From Candidatus Latescibacterota bacterium (GTDB lineage Bacteria > Latescibacterota > UBA2968 > GCA-2709665), in assembly GCA_965237675.1 (NCBI GenBank), contig OZ250150.1, positions 4,032,001 to 4,096,000 of the forward strand: a stretch of 64,000 nt of DNA. The letters run 5' to 3'. Positions within the stretch are counted from its first letter, which is position 1, and each line of letters begins with the position of its first letter. The notes beneath the pieces are model-generated. The model was not told the DNA's origin, made no database searches, and was given only the letters and a program-made list of their open reading frames with translations. Shown one piece after another: positions 54,951-64,000 of this stretch. Position numbers and translations under genes: made by a program.

Positions 54951-55628
54951 TCACTTATCTCGTTCCGTGACGGCGACAAAGATACTGTCTGCCACGTTTA
55001 CGCCCACCACGTGTTGTGTGTTGCCTTCCATCGCAATGGTCAGTGGGCCGTTAAACGGCGCCTTCTCCTGAACAACCAATGTCACGCCTGGCCGTAATCC
55101 CAACGCGCCCAAATACCTGAGCATCTCCGGGCTCTGGTCGTTCACCTGAGTGATCAACACCGTTTGACCGGGTTTCACCTGGGTAAGCGGCACATAGTCC
55201 GTATTTTCTATATTTCCATCCTTTGTCGGAATCGGCGCACCGTGGGGGTCGGTGGTGGGATGCCCGAGCACCCGGTCGATCTTGTCCTCGAATTCTTCCG
55301 AAATCACGTGTTCGAGCCTGTCTGCCTCCGCGTCGACTTCATCCCAGTCGTAGCCCAATGCGTCGGCGAGGTAGAGTTCCAACAGTCGGTGGTGCCTTAA
55401 GACCTCCAGGGCAACGGCTTCTCCCGCCGGCGTGAGTTCGACACCCTGATAGGGCGTGTGCTGAACCAGCTTCATTTCGGCAAGTTTCTTGATCATATTT
55501 GTGGCGGAAGCCGCCGCCACCTCCATCCGTTCCGCAACCAGCGATGTATTCACGGTTGCCCGGGGCTCATGCCCGTGCTGCAGCTTGTAGATGGACTTCA
55601 GATAGTCCTGTGCGGCCTGACTAAGCAT
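54951..55628 (-). CDS. DtxR/MntR family metal-dependent repressor with C-terminal FeoA domain
   Basis: QDYLKSIY, HTPYQGVELT, RHHRLLELYL, EADRLEH, DPHGAPIP. Confidence 0.93.
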   Translation of the reverse strand: MLSQAAQDYLKSIYKLQHGHEPRATVNTSLVAERMEVAAASATNMIKKLAEMKLVQHTPYQGVELTPAGEAVALEVLRHHRLLELYLADALGYDWDEVDAEADRLEHVISEEFEDKIDRVLGHPTTDPHGAPIPTKDGNIENTDYVPLTQVKPGQTVLITQVNDQSPEMLRYLGALGLRPGVTLVVQEKAPFNGPLTIAMEGNTQHVVGVNVADSIFVAVTERDK

Positions 55629-55742
55629 GTGTTTCCTTTCGCTGGCGACGTTACATAGACACAGCGGACCGTGCGGCGACACCGGGAACAACATCTGAGA
55701 ACCGCGTTTGCCCGGGAATATCAACCGTGGACCGAACTCACA

Positions 55743-57179
55743 TCACCCGGATACCAACCGCCAAATCTGGGCAATGAGAAAGCAAAGCACGAAACCCATT
55801 ACGACCGGAAGAAGGGATGAAACCGACGTCCATTTCGCGCTTCTTGTTTCCTTCCAGATCGTATAAATCGTGGTCGAACATGGGTTATGTACCAGGCTGA
55901 ACAGCATCAAATTGACCGCGGTGAGCAGATTCCAGCCGCCGGACGCGAAGATCTGGGCTACCGCCGCATCTGAATCCAGTTCAAACATTACGCCGGCGCC
56001 TTCACCCTGCCCGGTCAATCCGGCGCTCAATACCGTCAACATTAAAATGGTGGGAATCACGATTTCGTTCGCCGGGATTGCAATTATGTAGGCAAGCAGA
56101 ATCACGCCGTTCAGTCCGACAAGCAGACCAAAAGGCTGGCTCCAGTCAATAAAATGCTCCGCCAGGCTGAGCCGGCCAATCAGGATATTGGTACTCAGCC
56201 AGATCACCGCGCCAGCGGGAATCGCAAAGATCACGGCGCGCCAGAGCACGATTAGCGTTCTGTCGATGATGGATGTATAAATGGTCTGTAACACGCGGGG
56301 CGGCCGATACGGCGGCAGTTCCAGGCTGAACGCGGATGCTTCTCCACGCAGAACCGTACGAGAAAGTCCCCACGAGACAACAAAAGAGAGCAGTATGCCA
56401 AGAACCGCGACACCCACGACTGCTCCGGCCGAAACCAGTCCCGCCAAATGCGCAGGCGCCAGACCTCCGATAAATATCGTGGCCACCAGTATCTGTGTGG
56501 GCCACCGTCCGTTGCAAAGAGCGAAGTTATTGGTAATAATTGCAATCAGGCGTTCTCGCGGACTATCGATGACCCGGGTGGATACAATTGCCGCCGCATT
56601 GCATCCGAACCCCATGCTCATTGTCAACGCCTGTTTTCCATGGGCCCCCGCCTTCTTGAACCACTGGTCCAAATTGAATGCCACCCTGGGTAGATAGCCG
56701 AAATCCTCAAGCAGTGAAAACAACGGAAAGAAAATCGCCATGGGCGGCAACATCACACTGACCACCCATGCCATCGCCAGGTACATACCGTCTATCAGAA
56801 GCCCGTCGAGCCACCACGGCATTCCAATTACCGCGGCCATCGATTTCAACATCGGGTGAACAGTATCTGTCAGCAGGCCCGCCAGCATCGCAGAAGGCAC
56901 ATTGGCGCCCTCAATGGTAAGCCAGAACACCAGTGTCAGGATCGCCAACATGATGGGGAAACCCAGCCAGCGGCTGGTTACGAGGCGGTCGATCGTACGG
57001 TCCAGATCGAACCGGGCCGCGTCCCCGGTCCGGGTGACGGCACGGTCGGAAATCTGGGACGCGTTGGCATAGATCGTTTCCATTAACGAATCGTGGAAAT
57101 TGGACCCCACTTCCCATCGCAGTTTTGCGGCCAATCGAATCAACTCCTCGGGGCGCTGATTTGCCGTGGGGTCGTTCAT
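55743..57179 (-). CDS. feoB: FeoB membrane (Gate) domain, second half of a split FeoB
   Basis: [38 protein letters not shown]; own RBS GGAGGTG and ATGA overlap. Confidence 0.9.
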   Translation of the reverse strand: MNDPTANQRPEELIRLAAKLRWEVGSNFHDSLMETIYANASQISDRAVTRTGDAARFDLDRTIDRLVTSRWLGFPIMLAILTLVFWLTIEGANVPSAMLAGLLTDTVHPMLKSMAAVIGMPWWLDGLLIDGMYLAMAWVVSVMLPPMAIFFPLFSLLEDFGYLPRVAFNLDQWFKKAGAHGKQALTMSMGFGCNAAAIVSTRVIDSPRERLIAIITNNFALCNGRWPTQILVATIFIGGLAPAHLAGLVSAGAVVGVAVLGILLSFVVSWGLSRTVLRGEASAFSLELPPYRPPRVLQTIYTSIIDRTLIVLWRAVIFAIPAGAVIWLSTNILIGRLSLAEHFIDWSQPFGLLVGLNGVILLAYIIAIPANEIVIPTILMLTVLSAGLTGQGEGAGVMFELDSDAAVAQIFASGGWNLLTAVNLMLFSLVHNPCSTTIYTIWKETRSAKWTSVSSLLPVVMGFVLCFLIAQIWRLVSG

Positions 57180-57985
57180 GCCATCACCTCCTCTTCCTGC
57201 CCAGGGATTCGGTTCAGATCCCCCAGTTCTCCCGAACACACCGCCTCTACAATCCGCGTGTCGCCTTCGAGCAGCCGAAGCGCCACCCACCGGGCATTCG
57301 GAACGTTGGGAAATGCTGCCTTCAGCTGCGCCACGAGCTTGCCAACGGCCTGCTTCAACGCCGGCGGCTCGTTGCGGATGCGCTGCGGCCTGCAGACCGT
57401 CAGGCCGGTAGCCACATCACTCAGAACCCGCGTCAACTCCGGAATGCCCTCCCCGCGGCGGGCCGCCGCAGGTACCACGGGAACGCCAAGATCTCGTGCC
57501 AGTCGTCGTTCGTCCACCGACAGCCCATGACGTTTGGCCTCATCCATTAAATTCAGACACACCACCGCCCTGTCCGTAATTTCCAGTACCTGCAGGACGA
57601 GGTTCAGATTCCGCTCCAGACGCGCCGCGTCCACTACGACCACCGTGACATCCGGCCGGCCGAACAGGATAAAATCCCTCGCCACCTCTTCGTCCGGACT
57701 GGTGGACAACAGAGAATACGTTCCAGGAAGATCCACGAGCTTATACCGATAGCTCTCGTAAGCGAAACCGCCTTCCGCGCGCACCACCGTCTTGCCGGGC
57801 CAGTTGCCGGTATGCTGCCTCAATCCCGTCAGGGCGTTGAATACCGTACTCTTCCCTGTATTCGGATTTCCGGCCAGAGCCACCACAAAATCCCAGTTCG
57901 CCATATTCACGCCGAGTTTGATCAGGTTGCCCGAATGGTGGGCCGGGCAAGCGTCGCAACCTGCGGTAGACTTATGTGTTTCCAT
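57176..57985 (-). CDS. feoB: FeoB small GTPase domain, first half of a split FeoB
   Basis: G1 [27 protein letters not shown]; N-terminal CDACPAHH. Confidence 0.92.
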   Translation of the reverse strand: METHKSTAGCDACPAHHSGNLIKLGVNMANWDFVVALAGNPNTGKSTVFNALTGLRQHTGNWPGKTVVRAEGGFAYESYRYKLVDLPGTYSLLSTSPDEEVARDFILFGRPDVTVVVVDAARLERNLNLVLQVLEITDRAVVCLNLMDEAKRHGLSVDERRLARDLGVPVVPAAARRGEGIPELTRVLSDVATGLTVCRPQRIRNEPPALKQAVGKLVAQLKAAFPNVPNARWVALRLLEGDTRIVEAVCSGELGDLNRIPGQEEEVMA

Positions 57986-58035
57986 ACTCACTACCTCCAT
58001 TTCTGCTATGTTCGGGAACAGAATGTGACAGCACC

Positions 58036-59061
58036 TCACTCTCCGAACTGGACTTGAATCTGAATCTGACCAGCCTGTTCCCTTCGAAGCGCGATGGTGG
58101 AGCCCCGTATGCGATATGCGGTGGGATCTCCGGTAGGGCTACGCATCTCCACCTCGATCAGGGTGCCCGGAAGGATACCCAGATCCATCAGCCGGCGCCG
58201 TTCCAACCCACGGCAGGATCTGGAGAGTTGCACGACCCGTCCGATTTCGCCCGGTTTTAGGCCGGACAGCAGGTCGTTGGACGCTTCGGCCTCCGGTCCA
58301 TCCGAAACCGCCGCGACTGAAATGTGGTCTGCCAGCAACGGAGCCAGTACATGTTCCTCACCATCGGCCCAGAAGCGAACCCGCTGGGGCAGGACCTCGA
58401 CTAGCTCGATCCGCATCCCCACGTGCAGACCTTCCGCCGCCAACTGCGCATAAACCGGTTCCGGCTCGTCTTCAATATGCACGATCACAGCGGCTCCTCC
58501 AACAGGGTGTTCGGTCAGATGCGTTCCCCGGTTGGGCGCTATTTCTCCGGCTTTGGTGGGAATCGGATCCCCATGCGGGTCGTAAACGGGATACTCCATC
58601 TGACGGTCCAGCAGTTCCACCTCCTCGGAAGACATATCGTGCTCACGCCGTTCCGCCTCGCTGTGCCACTCCGCCTCCGCCACCCCCGTCTCTTCGGCCA
58701 GATAGTGCTCCCAAAGCCGGTGAAATCGAAGAATGCGAAGCGCATAATCCCGTCCCTGCGTCGTGAGTCTCACGCTGCCCCCGTCGGAAGCGGTCAGTCC
58801 CCCGGCTCCCGCACGTACCAGCAAGTCTGAAGCGCGGCTGCGAGGAATGCCCAGGGCCCCCGACAGACTTTCCACGGTTGCTACCTGGTGCTGATATTCG
58901 CAATTATAGATATGCTTAAGCATATCTTCGGTCAGCACGCGCGCGGTCAGTCGTGGGGTTTGCCGCCAACGCCAGAAATAACCCGCTACCGGACGGAACA
59001 GTATCCACGCAAATACGAGAAGGATCCCAGCCGCGAGCAACGCCTGAAGGGGTTCGATCAT
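58036..59061 (-). CDS. DtxR-family protein with N-terminal TM helix and two FeoA domains
   Basis: LLAAGILLVFAWILF; EDMLKHIY, HRLWEHYL, EAERREH, DPHGDPIP; FeoA RRLMDLGILPG...SPTGDP...IALR. Confidence 0.88.
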   Translation of the reverse strand: MIEPLQALLAAGILLVFAWILFRPVAGYFWRWRQTPRLTARVLTEDMLKHIYNCEYQHQVATVESLSGALGIPRSRASDLLVRAGAGGLTASDGGSVRLTTQGRDYALRILRFHRLWEHYLAEETGVAEAEWHSEAERREHDMSSEEVELLDRQMEYPVYDPHGDPIPTKAGEIAPNRGTHLTEHPVGGAAVIVHIEDEPEPVYAQLAAEGLHVGMRIELVEVLPQRVRFWADGEEHVLAPLLADHISVAAVSDGPEAEASNDLLSGLKPGEIGRVVQLSRSCRGLERRRLMDLGILPGTLIEVEMRSPTGDPTAYRIRGSTIALRREQAGQIQIQVQFGE

Positions 59062-59108
59062 TCGATCTTCCTGCACTTAGGGTTAGTTTTTTGAGAATAA
59101 AAAATAAA

Positions 59109-59150
59109 TTAGTCACGCCTAAATATATACAAACGGATCGCCATTGTCAA
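59109..59150 (-). promoter_or_regulatory. Promoter of the split-feo operon with a DtxR/MntR-type operator
   Basis: TTGACA (59150-45)-17-TATATT (59127-22); TTAG-TCACGC-CTAA (59109-22) overlapping the -10/+1 region. Confidence 0.75.
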
Positions 59151-59184
59151 GAAACAACGTATCTGGCAGAGCCCCGGAAATGCC

Positions 59185-59227
59185 TTGACATTATACGCCA
59201 AAATTTAATATTTGAACATGTCTTCAA
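59185..59227 (+). promoter_or_regulatory. ArsR promoter and candidate SmtB/ArsR-type operator
   Basis: TTGACA at 59185, AT-rich -10 region, then the palindrome TTGAA-CATGTC-TTCAA (59212-27). Confidence 0.6.
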
Positions 59228-59301
59228 CGTTTGATCCAGTCGGTGTGACCCTGAATAAAGCAGCGGAAACCCGCCCATGGGACGTACACCAGGAGGCATC
59301 C

Positions 59302-59670
59302 ATGGATCCAACTAATGTCCGTCGTGCGGCGCAAGGTATGCCAGGCCAGCCGATCTTGGACAGCCTTTCCGAAACCTTCAAGGTCCTTGGCAACCCCAAC
59401 CGGCTAAGAATAGTCCACGCTCTGTCGGTGGCCGAACTCTGCGTTAGCGACCTGGCCACTCTGCTGGGCAGCACGGATTCGGCCGTAAGCCACCAACTGA
59501 GGGTTATGCGTTCCATGCGCCTCGTCAAGTGCAGGAAAGCCGGAAGACACGCATATTATTCACTGGATGATCCGCAGGTACATCGACTTTTCACGGCCGG
59601 ACTGGAACACCAAAAAAATAGCGCCGGACATACAGCGCCCCGGCGACCTTCTCCGGTCACATGGTCATGA
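59302..59670 (+). CDS. ArsR/SmtB family metalloregulator
   Basis: FKVLGNPNRLRI, ELCVSDL, SAVSHQLR, YYSLDD; AGGAGG before ATG 59302. Confidence 0.9.
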   Translation: MDPTNVRRAAQGMPGQPILDSLSETFKVLGNPNRLRIVHALSVAELCVSDLATLLGSTDSAVSHQLRVMRSMRLVKCRKAGRHAYYSLDDPQVHRLFTAGLEHQKNSAGHTAPRRPSPVTWS

Positions 59671-59878
59671 ATTAACGAGCACGCCTGAATTCCGCCGTGC
59701 CGGCCGCGGGCGATGTATTGTCAGCCCGCCGAAGACGGTGGCGCCCCCCGGCGTCATCGAACAGGATACGCGGATCACCACAGGTCCTGGCATCGTTCCA
59801 TCCGCAAACGTTCCACGTCCTCAGAAAACGACCGAGGTGTACGTTCCGTCTATCTATTTCAGAATCCGATGACGCCTT

Positions 59879-60361
59879 CTACCCTTCCCCATCTACCGAT
59901 TCCTTCTCGTATTCCCGTTCGCCGAAGAACCGCAGCACCTTCATGAACCTATCGGGTGGCTGGAATCCCGGCAGCTTGTAAAGCAGCGTTCCATCCGGTT
60001 CCAGGAACAAAACCGTGGGAAACGCGCTTACGTTATAGACCCGCGCCAGTTCCGCGTAGCTCAGATCGTGACCGATAAACGTCAAACGCGAACCGGAATC
60101 TTCGGCATCCAGCTTGATGGGTATGAATTTCGATGCCAGGTAGTTGCGGATTTCCTGTCTTGAAAACACCTGCCGATCCTGCCTTTCGCACCATCCGCAC
60201 CAAGTGGTATAAACGCCGATCAACATCAGCTTCTCTCCACCCGCCGCCTTCCGGAACCCATCTCTGGCATTGTACCACTTGAATGAATCCGCCTGTTTCG
60301 CCACCGCGAGTCCGGCAAACAGGAACAGACCCCAAAGAGTCAATTGACCGATTCGAATCAT
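59879..60361 (-). CDS. Periplasmic thioredoxin-family protein (SoxW/DUF255-like)
   Basis: Signal peptide, WCGWC, cis-Pro FPT, PGFQPP. Confidence 0.85.
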   Translation of the reverse strand: MIRIGQLTLWGLFLFAGLAVAKQADSFKWYNARDGFRKAAGGEKLMLIGVYTTWCGWCERQDRQVFSRQEIRNYLASKFIPIKLDAEDSGSRLTFIGHDLSYAELARVYNVSAFPTVLFLEPDGTLLYKLPGFQPPDRFMKVLRFFGEREYEKESVDGEG

Positions 60362-60739
60362 ACTGCAACCTCCCGTGGGCGTACCATAGCGGGCTCGCCA
60401 GAGTCCTCTCCAGCGAAATCGGCGTCCGGCTTCCTCGAACTCTTGAATACCCATCAACTTACGTCATTCGGTTTTTCCGGGCAACCTCGAATTCTTCCGG
60501 CACAACCAACTCGCAAGAACAAAAATACGTTGCGTATACCCCACAATGGGTAGATATTGCGATGAAATTTCCCGTCCGCTTCACACGGGAGACGGCAAGG
60601 TACATTCCGCGGTTGTCCGGGATCACCGGATAGCGATTCCCCCGATCCGTACGGAAGTAGGTGAACGCGGCGTACACCTGAAGCCCGAAGTGAAAATCCT
60701 CACGAGGCAATTATGCCAAATTCACCCGAGGTAACCCCT

Positions 60740-61846
60740 ATGAAACGGATCAAGTCCGGCATCTTCATCATGCCGTTTCACCCGCCGGGCAAAACGCTCA
60801 GCCAGTGCCATGATGAAGACATGGAACTTGTGATTCGCGCCGACGAAATGGGTATCGATGAATTCTGGATCGGCGAGCATCACACCATGGTCTACGAGAA
60901 CATAGCGATGCCCGAGATATTCATTGGGGCGGCATTGCGCGAGACAAGAGATATCCGGCTGGGCCCCGCACCCGTGTGTCTGCAACAACACCACCCGGCG
61001 CTTGTCGCAAGCCGTCTGTCGTTCCTGGATCATCTATCCAAAGGTCGGCTCAACCTCTGCTTCGGTCCCGGGAGTGTACCGACCGACATGGAAATCCTCG
61101 GTGTCGACCCGCAGGACAGCGGAGCGATGGTCGCCGAGTCGATCGAGATGATTCTGACACTGTGGAAGACTGACCCCCCTTACGATATCAAGGGCCGTTT
61201 CTGGCAGATCCGGATGGACCGCACCATCGATCCGGAGGTCGGCCTGGGGGTCATCCACAAGCCCTACCAATGTCCACATCCGCCCATCTCGATGCCGATC
61301 ACCTCGATGAACTCGGGAACGGCCCGGGTGGCGGGCCGGCGCGGCTTCCAACCCTTCGGCCATAGCCTGATTCCGTCGAACGTCCTGGCGAACATATGGA
61401 CAACGTACGAACAGGCTGCGATGGCGGCGGGTCTCCTGCCCGACCGGTCAGACTACAAGATCGCACGGGCCATCTTCCTGGCTGACACCACCGAAGAGGC
61501 GGTCAGGCGTGCAAGATCAAACACGGTCGCGGCCAATTTCGAATATATCGGTACCCTGCTCAAGCGCGGGGGCCGGGGCATCGGCATGTTTAAACGGGAC
61601 GCGGACATGCTCGACGCGGATTGCAATCTGGATTACCTGATGGGTGAGCAGATCATCGCCGGAGACGTAGACACGGTGCTCGAACGTCTCGAGAATTTGC
61701 GGACGGAAGTCGGAGACTTCGGCACGCTAGTCATGATGTCTTACGATTGGGACCACAAGGAAAGTTGGTTGCGCAGCCTCGAACTCTTCACGACAGAATT
61801 GATGCCGGCGCTGAATCGGGTGCCACCCACAGAGCATGTGGCTTGA
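60740..61846 (+). CDS. LLM-class flavin-dependent monooxygenase
   Basis: MPFHPP, WIGEHH, LDHLSKGR, KPYQCPHPP. Confidence 0.9.
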   Translation: MKRIKSGIFIMPFHPPGKTLSQCHDEDMELVIRADEMGIDEFWIGEHHTMVYENIAMPEIFIGAALRETRDIRLGPAPVCLQQHHPALVASRLSFLDHLSKGRLNLCFGPGSVPTDMEILGVDPQDSGAMVAESIEMILTLWKTDPPYDIKGRFWQIRMDRTIDPEVGLGVIHKPYQCPHPPISMPITSMNSGTARVAGRRGFQPFGHSLIPSNVLANIWTTYEQAAMAAGLLPDRSDYKIARAIFLADTTEEAVRRARSNTVAANFEYIGTLLKRGGRGIGMFKRDADMLDADCNLDYLMGEQIIAGDVDTVLERLENLRTEVGDFGTLVMMSYDWDHKESWLRSLELFTTELMPALNRVPPTEHVA

Positions 61847-62035
61847 TCTTCAGCCCCCGGTCGGGTCGGGCCCGGTCCACTCCGATCTTCCGGACGGGAT
61901 GGCAAGCGGCACCGGGCCGCCAAACTGTGGGCGGAGAGCGACCCCCGACCCACCAGACCGCTTGTTCAGGACGAAAAGAAGGCGATGCCGGGAACGGCCT
62001 CGCCTTGTCCGATTGCGAATCGAAAACCCGGCCCT

Positions 62036-62602
62036 TCACTCCATGGTTTTGGCCGCCTTTATTGGGAATTCCTTTTCAAATTCCTGCCTGTATTTCCTAT
62101 CCCAGCCGTCCAGGTTTTCTCGGAGTGCCGAAACCATTTGCGGCGAAACATGGAGAAGGTCTCTCATTTTCACGGGAAACTTGCTACCGTCAGGATAAAA
62201 ACTCCCGTCTGTAACCAATTCCTGAAGAAAGGGATAACCCGCGACCAGCTCACCAGGCGAAGGTTCCAGAGGTGTGACGCGAGTGTGTACCTTCAACCCT
62301 ATATAGGTCAGGCGGCTGAAGCCCATCCGGAATCGGACATGGGCACCCACCTTGTTCACTCGCACATTGTGGCCCGCATACAATTCGTCCAAACGCGCCG
62401 CCAGCAGTTTCCAGCTTTGCTGAAATTCGTTTATCGGCATGGCTTTTTCACCGGAAAACGCCGCTTCCCGGTCTTTTGCAAGCCTCTTGGCCATGGAAAG
62501 GGATTTGTCATCCAGCTTTTTGGTTTCGGCATCGACGGAAGGTGCCGGACACGCCGACAGACAGATGAAGAAACCGACCGAAGTCGTGAGAACAAAACGC
62601 AC
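62036..62602 (-). CDS. Hypothetical lipoprotein
   Basis: GTG start with GGGGAG RBS; lipobox LSAC; no recognised domain. Confidence 0.55.
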   Translation of the reverse strand: MRFVLTTSVGFFICLSACPAPSVDAETKKLDDKSLSMAKRLAKDREAAFSGEKAMPINEFQQSWKLLAARLDELYAGHNVRVNKVGAHVRFRMGFSRLTYIGLKVHTRVTPLEPSPGELVAGYPFLQELVTDGSFYPDGSKFPVKMRDLLHVSPQMVSALRENLDGWDRKYRQEFEKEFPIKAAKTME

Positions 62603-62829
62603 TATGGTCTCCCCCAGTTTGAATAAACAAACGTGTGACACCCCTTTTTCTGAAAAGGACATACCAAAACATCCGGAAAGACGTGAAGTAAGACAATTCG
62701 GATATAAAACAGAGGGTAAGGAATTCTGAAGGATTGCGCAAGTATTTTCTCGCGCGACCTTAGAACAACCCGCGTTCCGTCTGCTCCGGGATCCGCGGGT
62801 AGGGGGAGGGTACGCGATATGTGCCTGGC

Positions 62830-63009
62830 TCAGCCTGGGGGCGGCTGTTCGATGTCGAGGAGTGTCTCATTTGACGATCCGCCGCAGCCCCCCGCTCCGC
62901 AGGAGGAGCAACCGGACGATCCTGCAAGGAATGGACTGACAAACTTCCAGACAGCCCAAACACCACAGGCAAACGCGACACCGGCTGCCACCACAGATTG
63001 CCAATCCAT
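62830..63009 (-). CDS. FeoB-associated Cys-rich small membrane protein
   Basis: 59 aa, one TM helix then GCSSCGAGGC; starts 1 nt after the feoB stop. Confidence 0.8.
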   Translation of the reverse strand: MDWQSVVAAGVAFACGVWAVWKFVSPFLAGSSGCSSCGAGGCGGSSNETLLDIEQPPPG

Positions 63010-63010
63010 T

Positions 63011-64000
63011 CTAACCACCCCATCCCAGCGCCATCGTGCCCTGATAAGTGGCAAGCGCGCCGACGTAGGCCAAAAGCGTCATATAGCCGAACGTCAGAAA
63101 CGTCCAACCCCAGGACCGCGTTTCACGCCGGATGACGGCCAACGTTGACGCGCACTGCGCGCACAGTGCGAAAAACACCATCACCGAAAGCGCCACGGGG
63201 ACATTGAATACGGGGCGTCCATCCCCCCAGGTTGCGTTTCGAAGCGCGCTGCGCAAATCCTTTGACGATTCGTCCGGGTCGCCTCCAAGGCTGTAGATTG
63301 TACCAAGCGTGGCGACAATAACCTCCCGTGCGGGAAAGGATGCCAGTGTGGCCATACCGATGCGCCAGTCCCAACCCAGAGGCCTGACCGCAGGCTCGAT
63401 CCAATGCCCGGCCCGGCCCAGATAACTCTCGTTCAAGAGTTCGACGGCCATACGGGCGTCCAGATCCACAAGCGCCGCTTTCAGATTTTCGCCTCCAAGT
63501 GATGCCGCAACCGTCTGCCGACGACGTTCGTATTCCGCAACCGTATCGGCCGACCTTGGAAAATAAGCCAATGCCCACATCGTAATGGTTGCAGCCAGAA
63601 TGATACTGCCGGCACGCACCAGGAACGCCCTGGAACTCTGATAAACCCTCAGGCCGACCGTCCGTTTATCCGGGACCTTATACGAAGGGAATTCCAGAAT
63701 GAATGGCGGTGTTTCCCCCCGCAACAGGGTGTTCTTCAAGAGCCACGCCGCGGGAACGGCCACAACCACGCCCACGCAATACATAGCAAAAAGGGTCAAC
63801 CCCTGCAGTCCAACCCATTCGCCCAGAATCGGTTTCGGGGGGATAAATGCGCCTATAAGGATGGTGTAAACCGGTAATCGGGCCGAACAACTCATCAGAG
63901 GCGCCACAAGGATGGTTACCAGCCGGTTCCGGCGATCTTCAATGGTTCGAGTTGCCATGATTCCGGGCACGGCGCACGCAAAGCTGGACAACATCGGGAT
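63011..64000 (-). CDS. feoB: Ferrous iron transporter FeoB, C-terminal part (5' end beyond the window)
   Basis: FACAVPGIMATR, MSCSARLPVY, ILEFPSY, FPAREV, CAQCASTL. Confidence 0.95.
   Translation of the reverse strand: MPMLSSFACAVPGIMATRTIEDRRNRLVTILVAPLMSCSARLPVYTILIGAFIPPKPILGEWVGLQGLTLFAMYCVGVVVAVPAAWLLKNTLLRGETPPFILEFPSYKVPDKRTVGLRVYQSSRAFLVRAGSIILAATITMWALAYFPRSADTVAEYERRRQTVAASLGGENLKAALVDLDARMAVELLNESYLGRAGHWIEPAVRPLGWDWRIGMATLASFPAREVIVATLGTIYSLGGDPDESSKDLRSALRNATWGDGRPVFNVPVALSVMVFFALCAQCASTLAVIRRETRSWGWTFLTFGYMTLLAYVGALATYQGTMALGWGG

Noticed and set aside
57176-57179. feoB pseudogene or frameshift
   Set aside because: Clean ATGA coupling with a strong RBS and intact motifs in both halves.
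60459-60710. 83-aa minus-strand ORF
   Set aside because: TTG start, no RBS or recognisable motif; lies in a divergent promoter region.
1-64000. CRISPR array, cas genes, rRNA, transposases, selenocysteine/pyrrolysine read-through
   Set aside because: No regularly spaced repeats or matching ORFs, and no recognisable protein interrupted by an in-frame stop, were noticed; by-eye inspection only.

Overview
A GC-rich, gene-dense bacterial chromosomal segment, coded mostly on the minus strand. The short Bacteroidetes-style sigma70, the HPr kinase, the MXAN_6640-type protease with a C-terminal dockerin-like double EF-hand and the many sugar/sulfatase enzymes suggest an FCB-group organism such as Ca. 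Latescibacterota (inference only). In order, it contains: a xanthine-dehydrogenase-family molybdoenzyme operon with two paralogous large subunits; an RsmC-like methyltransferase; an ABC-2 exporter; a rhodanese; lexA; a CBM9-like secreted protein; DUF368 between two tRNA-Pro genes; an mlaEFD operon extended by two FG-GAP proteins (one fused to a tetraheme c-type cytochrome) and an AI-2E permease; sigma70; tRNA-Arg; HU; a heterodimeric ABC exporter; a sugar/aminosugar enzyme cluster; PPK2; aspartokinase; HprK; outer-membrane and lipoprotein genes; map; and an Fe/Mn uptake region with two DtxR-family regulators, a split FeoB and a second FeoB. The most interesting signals are three. (1) The MCE/Mla operon carries an FG-GAP-tetraheme cytochrome fusion. 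(2) A MITE carrying near-consensus tandem NrdR boxes is inserted at the stop codon between the two ABC exporter halves. (3) Four non-autonomous elements from three terminal-repeat families share one internal AAGGCGC...CAACG core. A candidate non-canonical LexA box and a membrane-anchored DtxR-FeoA-FeoA protein are also noted. No CRISPR array, rRNA, integrase or transposase was seen. All calls come from reading motifs by eye; no database searches were run.
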